A stretch of DNA of 63,484 bases, filler included, from Nemertoderma westbladi (GCA_032718475.1; 3 parts of 3 records of this genome joined end to end with filler, not necessarily neighbours in it); one strand, 5' to 3'; positions 35,377-49,805 are shown, numbered from the whole stretch's first letter. Notes: generated by a model not told the origin, from the letters alone. Numbers and translations are program-made.

Positions 35377-38300
35377 TAAAATATAATAATATATATATAG
35401 GGGGATTAAAATACAGAACAAATAGAAGGGTCCTATTTATTCTGTATTTCCGTATATCAATGAACTCTATAAAAACACAATACTGTTTAGATATTATTCA
35501 ATTGTTTATAAATCAGTGGCAACATACATTATTTTTCCAGGATTACACTGCATTACACGAGCTGGTCTAATACGGAGCTACCAAATTATAATTATAAATT
35601 ATAATTTGAATAATACTCTTCTTCTGAATTATAACTTTGTTATCTACATGATTCCACGTCCACCATATTCCGCAGTACGAATATGAATAAACCAATCTCG
35701 CTAACCGGTTTTGCTATAGTGTTCTTGCTAGTTATCTATATAGGAAAAAGCCTGAGTCAAAGTAACGAAGATGGGTACATTATTCTTTCGCCAAAGTCCA
35801 TTCGACCTGGTCTTCCATATCCTGTATCAATATTGATCCTATCTCAGTCATTCAAAAACGTATATGAAACAGTTACTCTACGTCTGGAGGACAGAGAACA
35901 GAATACTATCAAATCGAAAATCGTTAACATTAAAGTTGGTTCAGTGGCTTCAGAAATGATGGATGTTCCTAATGATTGAGGGTCTGGTTCTTACAGTCTT
36001 CATGTGACTGGTGATTCTCCTGTGAGATTCGAAAACGCAACTGACCTGGAGTTCAACCCTCAACAATTGTCAGTATTTATTCAAACTGACAAAGCCATCT
36101 ACAAACCTGGAGAGGTTATTCGTATCAGGGCATTCGCCATAAACCCAACAAATTTTAAGACCGTCAGAGAAGACATTGTAATAGAAGCCTTTGACCAAAA
36201 GGGAAATAAAGTGTTCAAGGAAGAAAAGGGTAAAACATCAAGTGGCGTTGTATCCGTGGACATCCCATTAGCTGCAGAATTACTACTAGGTGATTGGCTC
36301 ATCAGGGCTACAACATCTGGTACCAATATGCAATCAGAGCAGGTCGTTGAGATAGGGGAGTATGTTTTGCCAAGGTACAATGTAAGTGTAGTTGGCCCAG
36401 GATATGTTCACACATCAACCAATAAAATCACATTTACTGTTATGGCAGAATACACATATGGTGAGCCTGTTATTGGTTTCGTGGAATTTGAAATTATGGA
36501 TAGTGGTGGTAAAAATGTTTTCTACAGCCAGAAAGATACAATTTCAGGTAAAAAGGAAATCACAGTCTACCGACAAGACGTTGCCAAATTTATATCGTCA
36601 TATAGGAGCACATTGCTGGTACGAGCAAGTGTCAGTGAATCCGAGAACGGTAAAGTCTTATCAGATGAAGCATATCTGATAGTTACTTCAGTTCGACACA
36701 CAGTAGAATTTACAGCTGCTTCTGAAAACCTATTCAAACCTGGTCTAGATCTAAAAGTCTTCCTCACACAGAAAATGCCTGATGGAAATCAAAACAGTGA
36801 TGGAATAACTAGACAAGTTACAATAAAAACATGGTTCACAGAGTCCTGCTCCAATTGTAATAATAATAATAATGGTGGCGGTGTAGAGGTGGCACCTCTA
36901 TTTCCAAAGCCAGACGATTCCCTTGATGTAGTGGACAGTAATACTGGAACTGATAGTAGTGGTACTGGGTCATTCAGTTCAATTAGAATTCAAAATTATA
37001 CACTACCACTACAAGGTTCTATACCAGTTATTATAACCAATATTCCCATCAATACAACTTCAATCTCAATGGAAGCGACATTGGTAGGAGATGCAAACAA
37101 TAACAAAGTCTATCACAATCCAAGTAAAGCTTACTCACCTAGCAACAACTTCTTAAAGATCCAGTCAGAGAAGGATAAGTTTATTCCTGGTATCTACGAT
37201 TTTACAATTAAAACAACTGAATTAGAAGTGGAAGTTTTTTATATAATAATTTCCAGAAATGGGGTTGTTTCTTCTCAAAGCGGAAAAGGCACTACTCTTA
37301 CCAGAAATTCTCACATTATATCAATTCCAATCGACAATTCAATGGCACCATCATCTCGACTCATAGTGTACTATATTAGGTCTGACAGTGAAGTAGTTGC
37401 TGATTCATTCCCTTTCAATGTGACCCCACTACTTAACAATTATGTCAAGTTGGAATTCCAATCTGATCGTATTGAACCTGGTAATAGCAATACACTTGAC
37501 ATTGAAAGTCACCCTGGTTCTACTGTTTTCATTCTTGGTGTCGACCTTAGTGTGTTACTATTAGCAACTGGCAATGATATCACCCACCAGAGAGTTGAAC
37601 ACAGTATAAGCCAGTTTTCTCCTTTTTCACTTGGGACAAGTAATCACGATTATCCCGATTATGATGGTGATGAGAGGATTGCCATATGGCCTGGCCCCAG
37701 GCCACAGGGTAACTTAGATACTGCCGCAATAATAAATAACAATGGATTGGTATCAATGACAAACATGGAAATACCTTCACAGTACAGTTACTATGAAGGT
37801 GACTGGCTCGAGGGTTTTCCACCTCCTGCTCCACCTGGTGAATATGAAGTTGATATGAATGATGATGAAATGAAAAAAACTACAGAAGATAGCTTGCAGT
37901 TGCCAAAGAGAGTACGAAAATGGTTTCCTGAAGCATGGATTTGGGACACAACTACAGTTAATAAATAAGGAACTGCATTGTTAAACAAAGTTATGCCTGA
38001 TACTATAACCTCATGGGCAACAACAGCTTTCACTCTGTCTGATGATGTTGGATTAGGCATAATTGATGGTATGACATTGATGGAAACCTTTCGAAAGTTT
38101 TTTATAACTCTGAATTTACCATATTCAGTTGTTAGGGGAGAGCAATTAGTTCTTGAAGTAAGAATATTCAATTACTTTGACTATAATGTTATCGCTGTTA
38201 TTACAATCCAGCAGTCAGATAAGTTTGACTTTATAAAGAAGGAAAACCTTTCTGATGCATCCGCTGTCCTAGACCAAACTATTCAAACTGTCCACTCAGT

Positions 38301-39120
38301 AATAATCCAGCCCGGCACAAGTGAGGTGGTTGGATTTCCATTGCTATTACATACTGTTGGTCACATTCCCATCACAGTTACAGCCCAAACTACTGAGATT
38401 GCTGATGCAGTAGAGCAGCTGCTCATTGTCAAACCGGAAGGTATTAGACAGTCCTATTCACATTCCTGGTTGGTTGATTTGCCAGACAGCAAAGTATCTA
38501 AGCGGTCAACTTTGGAGCAAAGTTTTGACATAACAGTTGATGAAACAGCTGTTCCTGATTCTTCACGAATAATGGTCACTGCCATTGGTGATATAATGGG
38601 ACCCAGTATCAATAATATTGATAGGTTGGTTACCCGTCCTACTGGATGTGGAGAACAAAACATGATAACATTTGCCCCAAATGTCTATGTACGTGAATAC
38701 CTGACTAGTAATGATGAACTCACCCAAGAACTCGAGACAAAAACTCTAAATCATATGAAGATGGGATACCAGAGAGAGTTAATATATCAAAGAGATGATG
38801 GATCATTTAGTGCTTTTGGTAATAGCGACTCCAGTGGAAGCTCCTGGTTGAGTGCATTTGTAATGAAGGTCTTCAGCCAATCAAGTCCTCAGATCACAAT
38901 TGATGGTGCTTTAGTAGCAAATACAATAAAATGGTTAAATAATTACCATGAAGATGGACAATTCAGTGAACCAGGAAAGATTATCCACACAGATATGCAA
39001 GGTGTGGTTGGGAGTGACAATTCTGGCATAGCCATTACTGCCTATATTACCATTGCCCTTATTGAGGTTCGCGATGCAAACCTGCTAAGCATTGATAATG
39101 ACAGACAAATTCTCAATAAC

Positions 39121-39663
39121 TGTGACGGGATCAGAGGATCCCGACCGGTGGTTTATGTACGCGTCCCCGCCGTGTAAGTGAAAAGGGTTCCTTGTTGTTC
39201 CGACTAATATAGATGGGTACAAAATATAGTATACAATAGACAGATAGATAGCATGGTAATATATAATATGAGAAACACTGTAAATCTGATGGTGACGGCG
39301 GTGACGGTCTTAAACTGTCACCGTACTGCCATGACTGTACTGAGATAACTGAGATAATAAGTGATACACCGACCGGTAATATACTGCTCTAGGTTGGCCA
39401 TATTACTCAGTGGATGCCTGCCCCCCATTGGCTAATATCCTAATTCTCGCCCTCCCATCTCTCTGGGAGTGCTTCCCCCCACTACTGTGTTTCTCTCTCT
39501 GTCGGAGGCATAACCTCTGAGCCCCATTGTGTGTGTGTCCTTTGGGGTTTTCTCGTCCCCGTTTGTTGGGGTGATACGACGTTGATTGGCAATCAACCTC
39601 GTGTTCCCAATACTGCTTAAAGCTGACTTTGTGGGGTGATTAGTGGAATTGAATACGCTAACA
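39121..39663 (-). repeat. 3' LTR (543 bp)
   Basis: tgtgacggg...tacgctaaca, followed on the plus strand by ctcccccc (PPT complement). Confidence 0.93.
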
Positions 39664-40724
39664 CTCCCCCCCATGCTATCTTCCTGGTGAGAAGATAGCA
39701 TCCACCTTTAGTGCGCTACAATTCCGCTGGATCCCAATCTACCATCAGGTGTGGGGTGGAGTTATTTTCTTTTCGGAGCCGGCTTTCCAGGCCGCTCCCT
39801 ACGGGTATGATATCGCTACCCTCTCTTGGTGCAACCTCGGCTATGTTGCACCAAGACATCTGGTGTCTCAGTGTCGGGCCGATCGTGAGTTTCTCCCACA
39901 CGATTTTTGTTTCCCCAACACCCTCTCCACTCTAACTCCACTCTAACTCTCGGACCTCCTTGTCCCTCACTCTACCTCTTACTCCTCCTCCCCCACACTT
40001 GAATTGCACCCGTCTTCCCTCCACGCGTTCTATACTCTCTCGCTATCTCTCTTGCGTTCTCCTCTCATACTCTTCTCACATTCCTCTCATACTCCTCTCT
40101 CCCCATGCCTGTGGTCCCATCAAGTGCCGCTCCTACTCGTATCCCGGTAGTGCTCATCTGCACGATTCTTGTCCTGCAGGATACGAGCTTTCACAATAAA
40201 TCCTGAGCTCCGCCCTGTTGTCATGACCACGCACTTTATCGGGTCCCACGCATGTGCGCACATGTTAGTGGGAGCCGTTTAAGTCCCATCCTGTCGCCCT
40301 AGTCAATTAGTCCCCAGTCCCAGTAGCTAATTGGAAAAAGGTTGTGCTTGACTACGGTACATACTGTATAATATATGAATTGCTATATAATTATTATAAG
40401 ATTACAATTATTGTTATTATATATATTATATTATAAGCTCGTCTACATAACGCGTTTCATTCCTACTACTCACTACTCTCTCTCCACCTTTCTCGCCTGG
40501 CGACTTCTTCCAGTCGCTTCCCCTCAAGTCTATCCGCTTCCGACTTCTCCCAGCTCTGTTGTGTATCCACCTCCCTGTCTACTAGATGCGGCTGTTGTAT
40601 TACACCGACTCGCCCTCCAGCCCCCGGGTGGTCTACCAGACCTTCGAAGGCCACCTAGAAGGCCCTTCTGTAGTTCGGAGGTGATCCTGATATTCTTAAC
40701 TTTCTGTGCTATTATCCTATCTAC

Positions 40725-41455
40725 CCTTTCTAGCTACTACTTCTACGGTCTCTACTCTCTTACTGCTAAATCTACTAACTCCACTAGCTCTACTAGCTCT
40801 ACTAACTCCACTAGCTCTACTAACTCCCTGGCTCTACTGACTCCTCTAGCTCTACTGACTCCCTGGCTCTACTGACTCTCTAACTCTACTGGCTCTCTAC
40901 CTCCACTAACTCTACTGACTCTCTACCTCTACTAACTCTACTGACTCTCTAACTCTACTGGCTCTCTACCTCCACTAACTCTACTGATTCTCTACTCTAC
41001 TAACTCTACTGACTCTCTACCTCTACCAACTCTACTGACTCTCTACCTCTAACTAACGATACTACGTACCCTCTTACTACTCTTACTAACTCCTCTAGCT
41101 AACGGTACTACCTACCCTCTTACTACTCTCACTAACTCCTCTACCTGCACGTGACGCTCTGAGTGCCGGCAAAGTGGGTATGTTAATTATGTGAACTACT
41201 ACTAACTCTTACTAACTCTACTAACCGGTACTACTTACCCTCTTACTAACCTCTAACTCCACTAACTCTTACTAACCGGTACTACGTACCCTCTTACTAA
41301 CTCAACTACCTCCATCTACGTGGCGCTTGGGGTGCCCACAACCACTCTACTACTACCTCTACATTGCTAACTCATACTAACTCTACTACCTTTCATCTAC
41401 GTGGCGCTTGCGGTGCCCACAACCACTCTACTACTACCTCTACTCTGCTAACTTC
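40725..41455. repeat. CTCTACTA-type low-complexity tandem repeats inside the LTR element
   Basis: Runs of ctctactaact / ctctactgact. Confidence 0.85.
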
Positions 41456-44222
41456 TTGTGCCCGGCACCTCTTGTGCCCGGCACCCACCCTAGTTAACAT
41501 ACCCTGCTCTTACATCAAACACGTCATCACGCCCGTGCCCTACTTATTTCAACGCACCCCCTGTACCCTTCTCATCTCTCCCATCTTTCTCCTCTAGCTC
41601 ACCCTACTGTACTTGTTTCCTCTACTTGTTTGTTCTTGGTTGTCTATACTGCGGATATTTGTAGTGGGGGAATGTCACCCTGCCCCCCCCCCCCCCCCAC
41701 CGGTGTTATGTTTGGTACTGGGGCTGATGTTAATATATTGGGGCCCATCCATCTATCTGCAATATCCCCCTCAACCGGGTCTTTGTTATGTCCCTGGATA
41801 TTATAGTCATGCTGCTGTGCTGGTACCGATATAGGCCTATCCACTTCTTGCCTACCTACCGGCATGTACTCCGCGACTTCCGGATCTAATCCCGTCGTTC
41901 GTGCTACCCTATCGCCTACACTATCTCTCCCAGCATGGCCTACAATAGTATGTGCAGTAAGGCCTACAGTATGTCCTGCAGTCTGCATGTGTCGCTCGGA
42001 ATCGAAGCTCAACCTTCTCGAATAATCCTCCCTGCGACTACCGTTTTCTCGATCGGTAGGTATATCCTGCCGGGAAGTTTCACTTCGATCCCCTATTCTG
42101 CTCTCCTCCTCGTGCCGGTACACCTTGTACCCTTCTCGCGGTGTGTAGTACACCTCGTCAGGTTGCGTCTCTCCGGGACGACGGCAATCTCCCGGAGTTC
42201 GACCCCACTGACTCTCCGACTCCATCTCTATCTCCGACGGCTCGCTATCCGTCCTCGCTCTCCTGTCGTTCGCGACGACACTTCTCCCACTCTCTTCTCT
42301 CTTTCTCTCTACAGTGTAGCGTCCCCGCTCGCGAGATCTCTCGTCGACCTCCCGGTTCAACTCCACTGTTCTTCCTCTCTCTTCTGACTGGGCTCGACGT
42401 CTCGTCGCTCGCCCTCTCGCGACGTCAACCTGTCTCTCTCTGCTCGATCGCACGCCGCTGGGGATACTTGTAACCCCCCTACTATTCTCCATCGCCGGGT
42501 GTTGCGGTCCACCTAATTCGCCCCGCGCATTATCCGCCGACGCCTGTGGGACATTCTTTGCCCCCCCCCCCCCCCCCTCTCGCCGCTAATTAATCTCTCG
42601 TTGTGGGGCTCCTGTAGCCCCCCCCCCCCCCCCCCCCCCCGCTCGCCACTTCTCGCTTCACTCTCTCTCACTTTACTTCTACACCCCTCTCTAGTCGATG
42701 CACTATCTCTATTGCGGCTGGGTCCATTCACCCCCGCCTCTCTCTCTACTACTGCGTGGCCTACCAGGCCCTCGTCGGGTTGACTCAACCCCGCCCCTCC
42801 CTGCACACTAACTGCGTGGCCTACCAGGCTCTCATTGGGGTTTCCCACCCCCGTTGCTCCCTGCCTACTGACTACGTGGCCTTGCAGGCCCTCGTTGGCC
42901 GGACTACCTGTGTCTACATTAGTATTAATAGCGCCGTTATCAATGTTATTATTTAGATTATTCAAATTAGAATTATTATTATTTTCTAAATTTAAATTAT
43001 TATTCGAATTATTTGGATTAATATTATTATTTGAATTTAAATTTAAATTACCGGGTAAAATATTTCCTGTAATAAAGGGATTAAGGTTATCTACTACGGT
43101 ACTATTAATATTAACGTTCTCTACTCTATTACTATTATTACCCCCCCCCCCCCCCCCCCCCCGCCCGTACGGTCACACCAGTCTTGGGTCTGTCGTCCGG
43201 TCCCTGAAAGTGGTCCCTGAAAATTAACAAACGTTCCTCTCTCTCCATCCTCTCGCAAACCTTGCTCGGCCAACTCTGTCTCTCTCGCAACCCTCTCAAG
43301 CCACCTCGCCTCGTGCTCCTTGCGCTCGCTCGCCCCTCTCTTGCCTCACGCTCTTTACACTGACACGCCAGATTTATTTCTAACACCCTTCTTACTTCGC
43401 GGAGGATGTAGCAGACTTATCGGTTGCGACGAACTCCCGTCGCCCCTCCGTCCTACTAACTTTCTCCCGCTTTCCGGGGTTTTCTCCGACCGACGAGACC
43501 GAATCCTCGGGATTAACCTCGGATTCGCCCTCCTGCGGTCCCCTCCAACCCACTAATTTTATTCCCCGGGCATCGACTAAGTATGGCCCTATGTACACTA
43601 TACCAGGCTCCATACCCCTACATTCCCACAGTTCAAACAGTTCGCTGGCAACCCCTCTCGCTTTCTCATCGGCTAGTTCTCCCTGCCCAAAGCCCACTAA
43701 GCAATCAAAATGTTTATTCGACTCACCTAGCCGCTTCTCTAGCTTCACCTGGTCTATCTTGGCCCCTCCTTTAACTTCCCTTAGTTGCTTCCGGGTCGCA
43801 GTGTAGGCTCGTCGGAGCCGGTCGCTGACCCCAACATCCTCGTCGCCGACATCTCCTCTATCCCTCCATGTTCGGCGTTGTACCGGCAGCCCCACCGTCG
43901 CCGTTCCGGTAGGCCATCTGTCGCCCTCGGCCTGTGGCTGGCCGGCGACATCGGCACGCTGACCGCCGTCGTGTGTCGACTCGTCTCTCTCCTCTCTCGA
44001 CTCATCTTCTCGTCCTCGTTGTAGACAGCCCCCTCCGCTTGGATTGCCGGATCGTTCGTCGTCGACGAATCCGGCCTCGTGGGTTGATACCGTCTCGCCG
44101 TGGCCTCGCGGATCGTTAGGTTGTCGTCCAGGGTCCGCGGCGGTGTTGTCTCTCTTTCTTGACTCATCTTTGCTCTGGTGGCTGGCAGTCACAGCTTCTA
44201 GGCAGTCCTTAGAGTTTAAGAC

Positions 44223-44770
44223 TGTGACTGGATTGGAGGATCACGACCAGTGGTTTATGTACGCGTCCCCGCCGTGTAAGTGAAAAGGGTTCCTTGTTGT
44301 TCCGACTAATATTGATGGGTACAAAATATAGTATACAATAGACAGATAGATAGCACGGTAATATATAATATGAGAAACACTGTAAATCTGATGGTGACGG
44401 CGGTGACGGTCTTAAACTGTCACCGTACAGCCATGACTGTACTGAGATAACTGAGATAATAAGTGATACACCGACCAGTAATATACTGCTCTAGGTTGGC
44501 CATATTACTCAGCGGATGCCTGCCCCCCATTGGCTAATATCCTATTTCTCGCCCTCCTACTGAATCTCTCTGGGAGTGCTTCCCCCCACTACTGTGATTC
44601 TCTCTCTAACGGAGCCATAACCTCTGACCCCCATTGTGTGTGTGTCCTTTGGGGTTTTCTCGTCCCCGTTTGTTGGGGTGATGCGAGGTTGATTGGCAAT
44701 CAACCTTGTGTTCCCAATATTGCTTAAAGCTAACTTTGTGGGGTGATTAGCGGAATTGAATACGCTAACA
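44223..44770 (-). repeat. 5' LTR (548 bp)
   Basis: tgtgactgg...tacgctaaca; roughly 20-25 substitutions and one indel relative to the other LTR, counted by eye. Confidence 0.93.
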
Positions 44771-47137
44771 ATAACATGATTACCAGTGCTACCACTTATC
44801 TCGAAGGGAAGATTAATCAAGCAGACATATACAGCATTTGTGTTATTAGTTATGCTTTGGCTAAGCAAGACAGTACACATGTGGGGAATGTGCTGCAATT
44901 ACTTGATGATGTGGCTGTTGAGACAGATGGAATGAAATATTGGGCAGTAGATAATAAGAAGATTCCTATCCCTGTATGGGCAGATTCTCGTCACCCTCAT
45001 TCTCCACAAATCGAAATCGAAATGGCCGCATATGTGTTGTTAACATATGCACAGCTTGGTGATGTAGATAGTGGCCTTCCTGTGCTCAAATGCCTGTCAT
45101 CCCAACGTAATGAGTTGGGTGGGTACACCAACACACAGAATACTGTGATTGCCCTGGAGGCCTTGGCTAAATTTTCAGCTATCCTGTCCAGCACAGACAC
45201 CGAACTCACAATCACAGCTGCAGTACCTGGTGTTGATTTTTCTATATTTGAAATTACAATTAGCAATGATAACATCGGTGTGCTACACAGTAGAGATGTT
45301 ACAAGTTACAACATGGATACGATATCCTTAAGAGTTGAAGGACATGGAAGGGCTTTACTTCAAGTGGTTGTCATGTACAATACACGTTTAGAATTTGTAG
45401 AACCAACTTACGAGCTTGATATATCACTAGATAATACGGAATCTGATAGCAAGATGAGAGTAAAATCCTGCGCAAAACGAATTAATAACAATGATGAAGG
45501 TATGGTAGTCATGAAGATTGGTTTACCCAGCGGATTTAAATGTGTTGACTATCATCAATATAATGGTGGTAAAAAATCTGTAAAAAGGATTGACATGGCA
45601 GAGAATGGGGTGGAGGTTTACTTGGACGGATTGGACGAAGAAGAAATGTGTTTGGAATTCGATATTGAACGAGAAAGTCTTGTGGCAGCGAGCCAACCAG
45701 CCTCAGCATCAGTATACACCTATTACAGACAAGCAGAAAGGGCTGATGTTTTATATTTTTCGACGAAGTTGGCTGATATGAGTGCATGTGATATCTGCAA
45801 AACTTGTGGAAATATGTGTGCAGGAAGCACAGCTATGAGAGCCTCGCAAGTACTGGTTGCTGTTACCTTCCTATACCTCCTTATATTCTAGGAACAAAGA
45901 ATACACCACATTTACATAGATAATTCTAATTTCTTCGCTGAAACTTTTGATTTTCCCCAAAATGTTGACCCCCTCCCTCCCCTAAATCAGATGTCATTGA
46001 TAGGCGTTGACCCCCCCCCCCCCCCCCCCCTAAATCAGATTGAAAAAAAAATTTTCGCGTCCTAATAACTAAAAAACATGGTGACTGGTAACGGAAACAG
46101 AAGGTCGTGCTACGGGCCTTCGGGTGCTTGAAACAATTAAAATAGGCGAGCTATTTACTCTTCTGCTATATCTTTTCTAGCATCTATAAATGAACATGCT
46201 GACGTCAGATTTTGGCTGACCCCCTCCCCTCCCCTCATCAGCACGTCATCAGATTTTCCCACCCCCCCCCCCCTAAAGTGCTGACGTCATACTTGGACGG
46301 CCCCCAAGTTATATTTATCATTGACGTTTTTCAGTAATTTTCAGTTTTTTCGTTAATGAAAGACTTCATTACTACTAACGCTAGATGCTCTATCCGTTTC
46401 CATCACAATTAAATATGGTAACGTATAAATAGGAGTTTAAAGTGTCCTCTCATATGATTGATACTACGCCACGCAATATTGTACTGTTCCAAATGTTTTG
46501 ATAATTGGTCAATCTTAAATGAAACTTTTGGAAAAGAATAGCATTAATAGTGTTTGTATTTGTCGCGCCAAGTGGTTTAAATTTGGTGCACAGCAAGCAA
46601 ATATAATTTATTGAAATTATCTTACAAATGTTATACTTGGTGTCACATAAATTTTGGTACGATTTTATTTTTTAATAATTCACTGAGAATTGAAGAAAAT
46701 CACAATTTATTTCTTGTATCATCTGAAAGCCAGTGCTAACTTAGATGTTGATATAAATGTATATTAATTTGGTATGTTTTTCTTAACTTTTTAAAAAAAT
46801 AATAAGAGTGAAAAATAATAATATAATGACTTATAATAAAATAAGTCATTATATTTCATAATGGATAAATAAGATGTTTCTTTGTTATTTCTTTAAGACC
46901 GAGTTACACGTGGCAACTTTGTCAGCAACTTGTAGAGCAACTCAGGTTGCCGATCAAGGTATAAATTATATAAATATGAAATTATATTATATCATATTAG
47001 ATAAAATCTGTTTTTATTGAAGAATTCCATGGTTGTTTATTGTTTACCCACATTTGAATTGTATTTTATGCCATGTTTTGACTCAGATACCTTTACGGTT
47101 GTTTTATAAAATTAAGGAATACAGTTATATTATACAT

Positions 47138-49805
47138 AGAATGGTTTAATACATACCGTATGCATGAACACTGCATAATGGTTTAATACATACTGTATGC
47201 ATGAACACGGCAGAATGGTTTAATACATACTGTATGCATGCACACTGCATAATGGTTTAATACATACTGTATGTATGAACACTGCATAATGGTTTAATAC
47301 ATACTGTATGCATGCACACTGCATAATGGTTTAATACATACTGTATGTATGAACACTGCATAATGGTTTAATACATACTGTATACATGCACACTGCATAA
47401 TGGTTTAATACATACTGTATGTATGAACACTGCATAATGGTTTAATACATACTGTATGCATGCACACTGCATAATGGTTTAATACATACTGTATGCATGA
47501 ACACTGCATAATGGTTTAATACATACCGTATGCATGCACACTGCATAATGGTTTAATACATACTGTATGCATGCACACTGCATAATGGTTTAATACATAC
47601 TGTATGCATGCACACTGCATAATGGTTTAATACATACCGTATGCATGCACACTGCATAATGGTTTAATACATACCGTATGCAAGCACACTGCATAATGGT
47701 TTAATACATACTGTATGCATGCACACTGCATAATGGTTTAATACATACTGTATGCATGAACACTGCATAATGGTTTAATACATACCGTATGCATGCACAC
47801 TGCATAATGGTTTAATACATACCCTATGCAAGCACACTGCATAATGTTTTAATACATACCGTATGCATGAACACTGCATAATGGTTTAATACATACCGTA
47901 TGCATGCACACGGCAGAATAGTTTAATACATACTGTATGCATGCACACGGCATAATGGTTTAATACATACTGTATGCATGCACACTGCAGAATGGTTTAA
48001 TACATACTGTATGCATGCACACTGCATAATGGTTTAATACATACCCTATGCAAGCACACTGCATAATGTTTTAATACATACCCTATGCAAGCACACTGCA
48101 TAATGTTTTAATACATACCGTATGCATGAACACTGCATAATGGTTTAATACATACCGTATGCATGCACACGGCAGAATAGTTTAATACATACTGTATGCA
48201 TGCACACGGCATAATGGTTTAATACATACTGTATGCATGCACACTGCAGAATGGTTTAATACATACCGTATGCATGAACACTGCATAATGGTTTAATACA
48301 TACCGTATGCATGCACACTGCATAATGGTTTAATACATACCGTATACATGAACACTGCATAATGGTTTAATACATACCGTATGCATGCACACTGCATAAT
48401 GGTTTAATACATACCGTATGCATGCACACTGCATAATGGTTTAATACATACCGTATGCATGCACACGGCATAATTGTTTAATACATACTGTATGCATGCA
48501 CATGGCATAATGGTTTAATACATACTGTATGCATGCACACTGCAGAATGGTTTAATACATACCGTATGCATGAACACTGCATAATGGTTTAATACATACT
48601 GTATGCATGCACACTGCATAATGGTTTAATTCATACCGTATGCATGAACACTGCATAATGGTTTAATACATACCGTATGCATGAACACTGCATAATGGTT
48701 TAATACATACCGTATGCATGAACACTGCATAATGGTTTAATACATACTGTATGCATGCACACTGCATAATGGTTTAATACATACCGTATGCATGAACACT
48801 GCATAATGGTTTAATACATACCGTATGCATGGACACTGCATAATGGTTTAATACATACTGTATGCATGCACACGGCATAATGGTTTAATACATACTGTAT
48901 GCATGCACACTGCAGAATGGTTTAATACATACCGTATGCATGAACACTGCATAATGGTTTAATACATACTGTATGCATGCACACTGCATAATGGTTGAAT
49001 ACATACCGTATGCATGAACACTGCATAATGGTTTAATACATACCGTATGCATGAACACTGCATAATGGTTTAATACATACTGTATGCATGCACACTGCAG
49101 AATGGTTTAATACATACCGTATGCATAAACACTGCATAATGGTTTAATACATACTGTATGCATGCACACTGCAGAATGGTTTAATACATACCGTATGCAT
49201 GAACACTGCATAATGGTTTAATACATACTGTATGCATGCACACTGCAGAATGGTTTAATACATACCGTATGCATGAACACTGCATAATGGTTTAATACAT
49301 ACTGTATGCATGCACACTGCAGAATGGTTTAATACATACCGTATGCATGAACACTGCATAATGGTTTAATACATACCGTATGCATGCACACTGCATAATG
49401 GTTTAATACATACTGTATGCATGCACACTGCAGAATGGTTTAATACATACCGTATGCATAAACACTGCATAATGGTTTAATACATACTGTATGCATGCAC
49501 ACTGCAGAATGGTTTAATACATACCGTATGCATGAACACTGCATAATGGTTTAATACATACTGTATGCATGCACACGGCAGAATGGTTTAATACATACCG
49601 TATGCATGCACACGGCAGAATAGTTTAATACATACTGTATGCATGCACACTGCATAATGGTTTAATACATACCGTATGCATGCACACGGCAGAATTGTTT
49701 AATACATACCGTATGCATGCACTGCACACTGCGGAATGGTTTAATACATACCGTATGCATGCACACTGCAGAATGGTTTAATACATACTGTACCGTATGC
49801 ATGCA
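47138..49805. repeat. 37-bp minisatellite (AATGGTTTAATACATACTGTATGCATGCACACTGCAT)n, about 72 copies
   Basis: Direct tandem repeats with a few variable positions. Confidence 0.96.

Larger units (their letters stand above)
39121..44770 (-). mobile_element. Non-autonomous LTR retroelement inserted in the CD109-like ORF
   Basis: Two TGT...ACA LTRs; 5-bp TSD ATAAC (39116-39120 and 44771-44775); purine tract on the minus strand next to 39664. No RT, RNase H or integrase motifs are seen in the 4.5-kb interior. Confidence 0.93.
35683..45891 (+). pseudogene. CD109: Intronless CD109-like thioester-containing protein (TEP/alpha-2-macroglobulin family), disrupted; coding segments 35683-39120 and 44776-45891
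   Basis: Signal peptide; FIQTDKAIYKPG, EYVLPRY, VRKWFPEAWIW, PDTITSW, thioester GCGEQ, IIHTDMQG; GPI-like hydrophobic C-terminus. A single frame carries in-frame stops TGA (35977-35979) and TAA (37966-37968). Removing the LTR element and one TSD restores the frame (about 1517 codons). Confidence 0.88.

Noticed and set aside
35977-35979. Selenocysteine or programmed readthrough at the TGA in the CD109-like ORF
   Set aside because: A second stop is TAA and the ORF is also interrupted by an LTR element, so decay is the simpler explanation.
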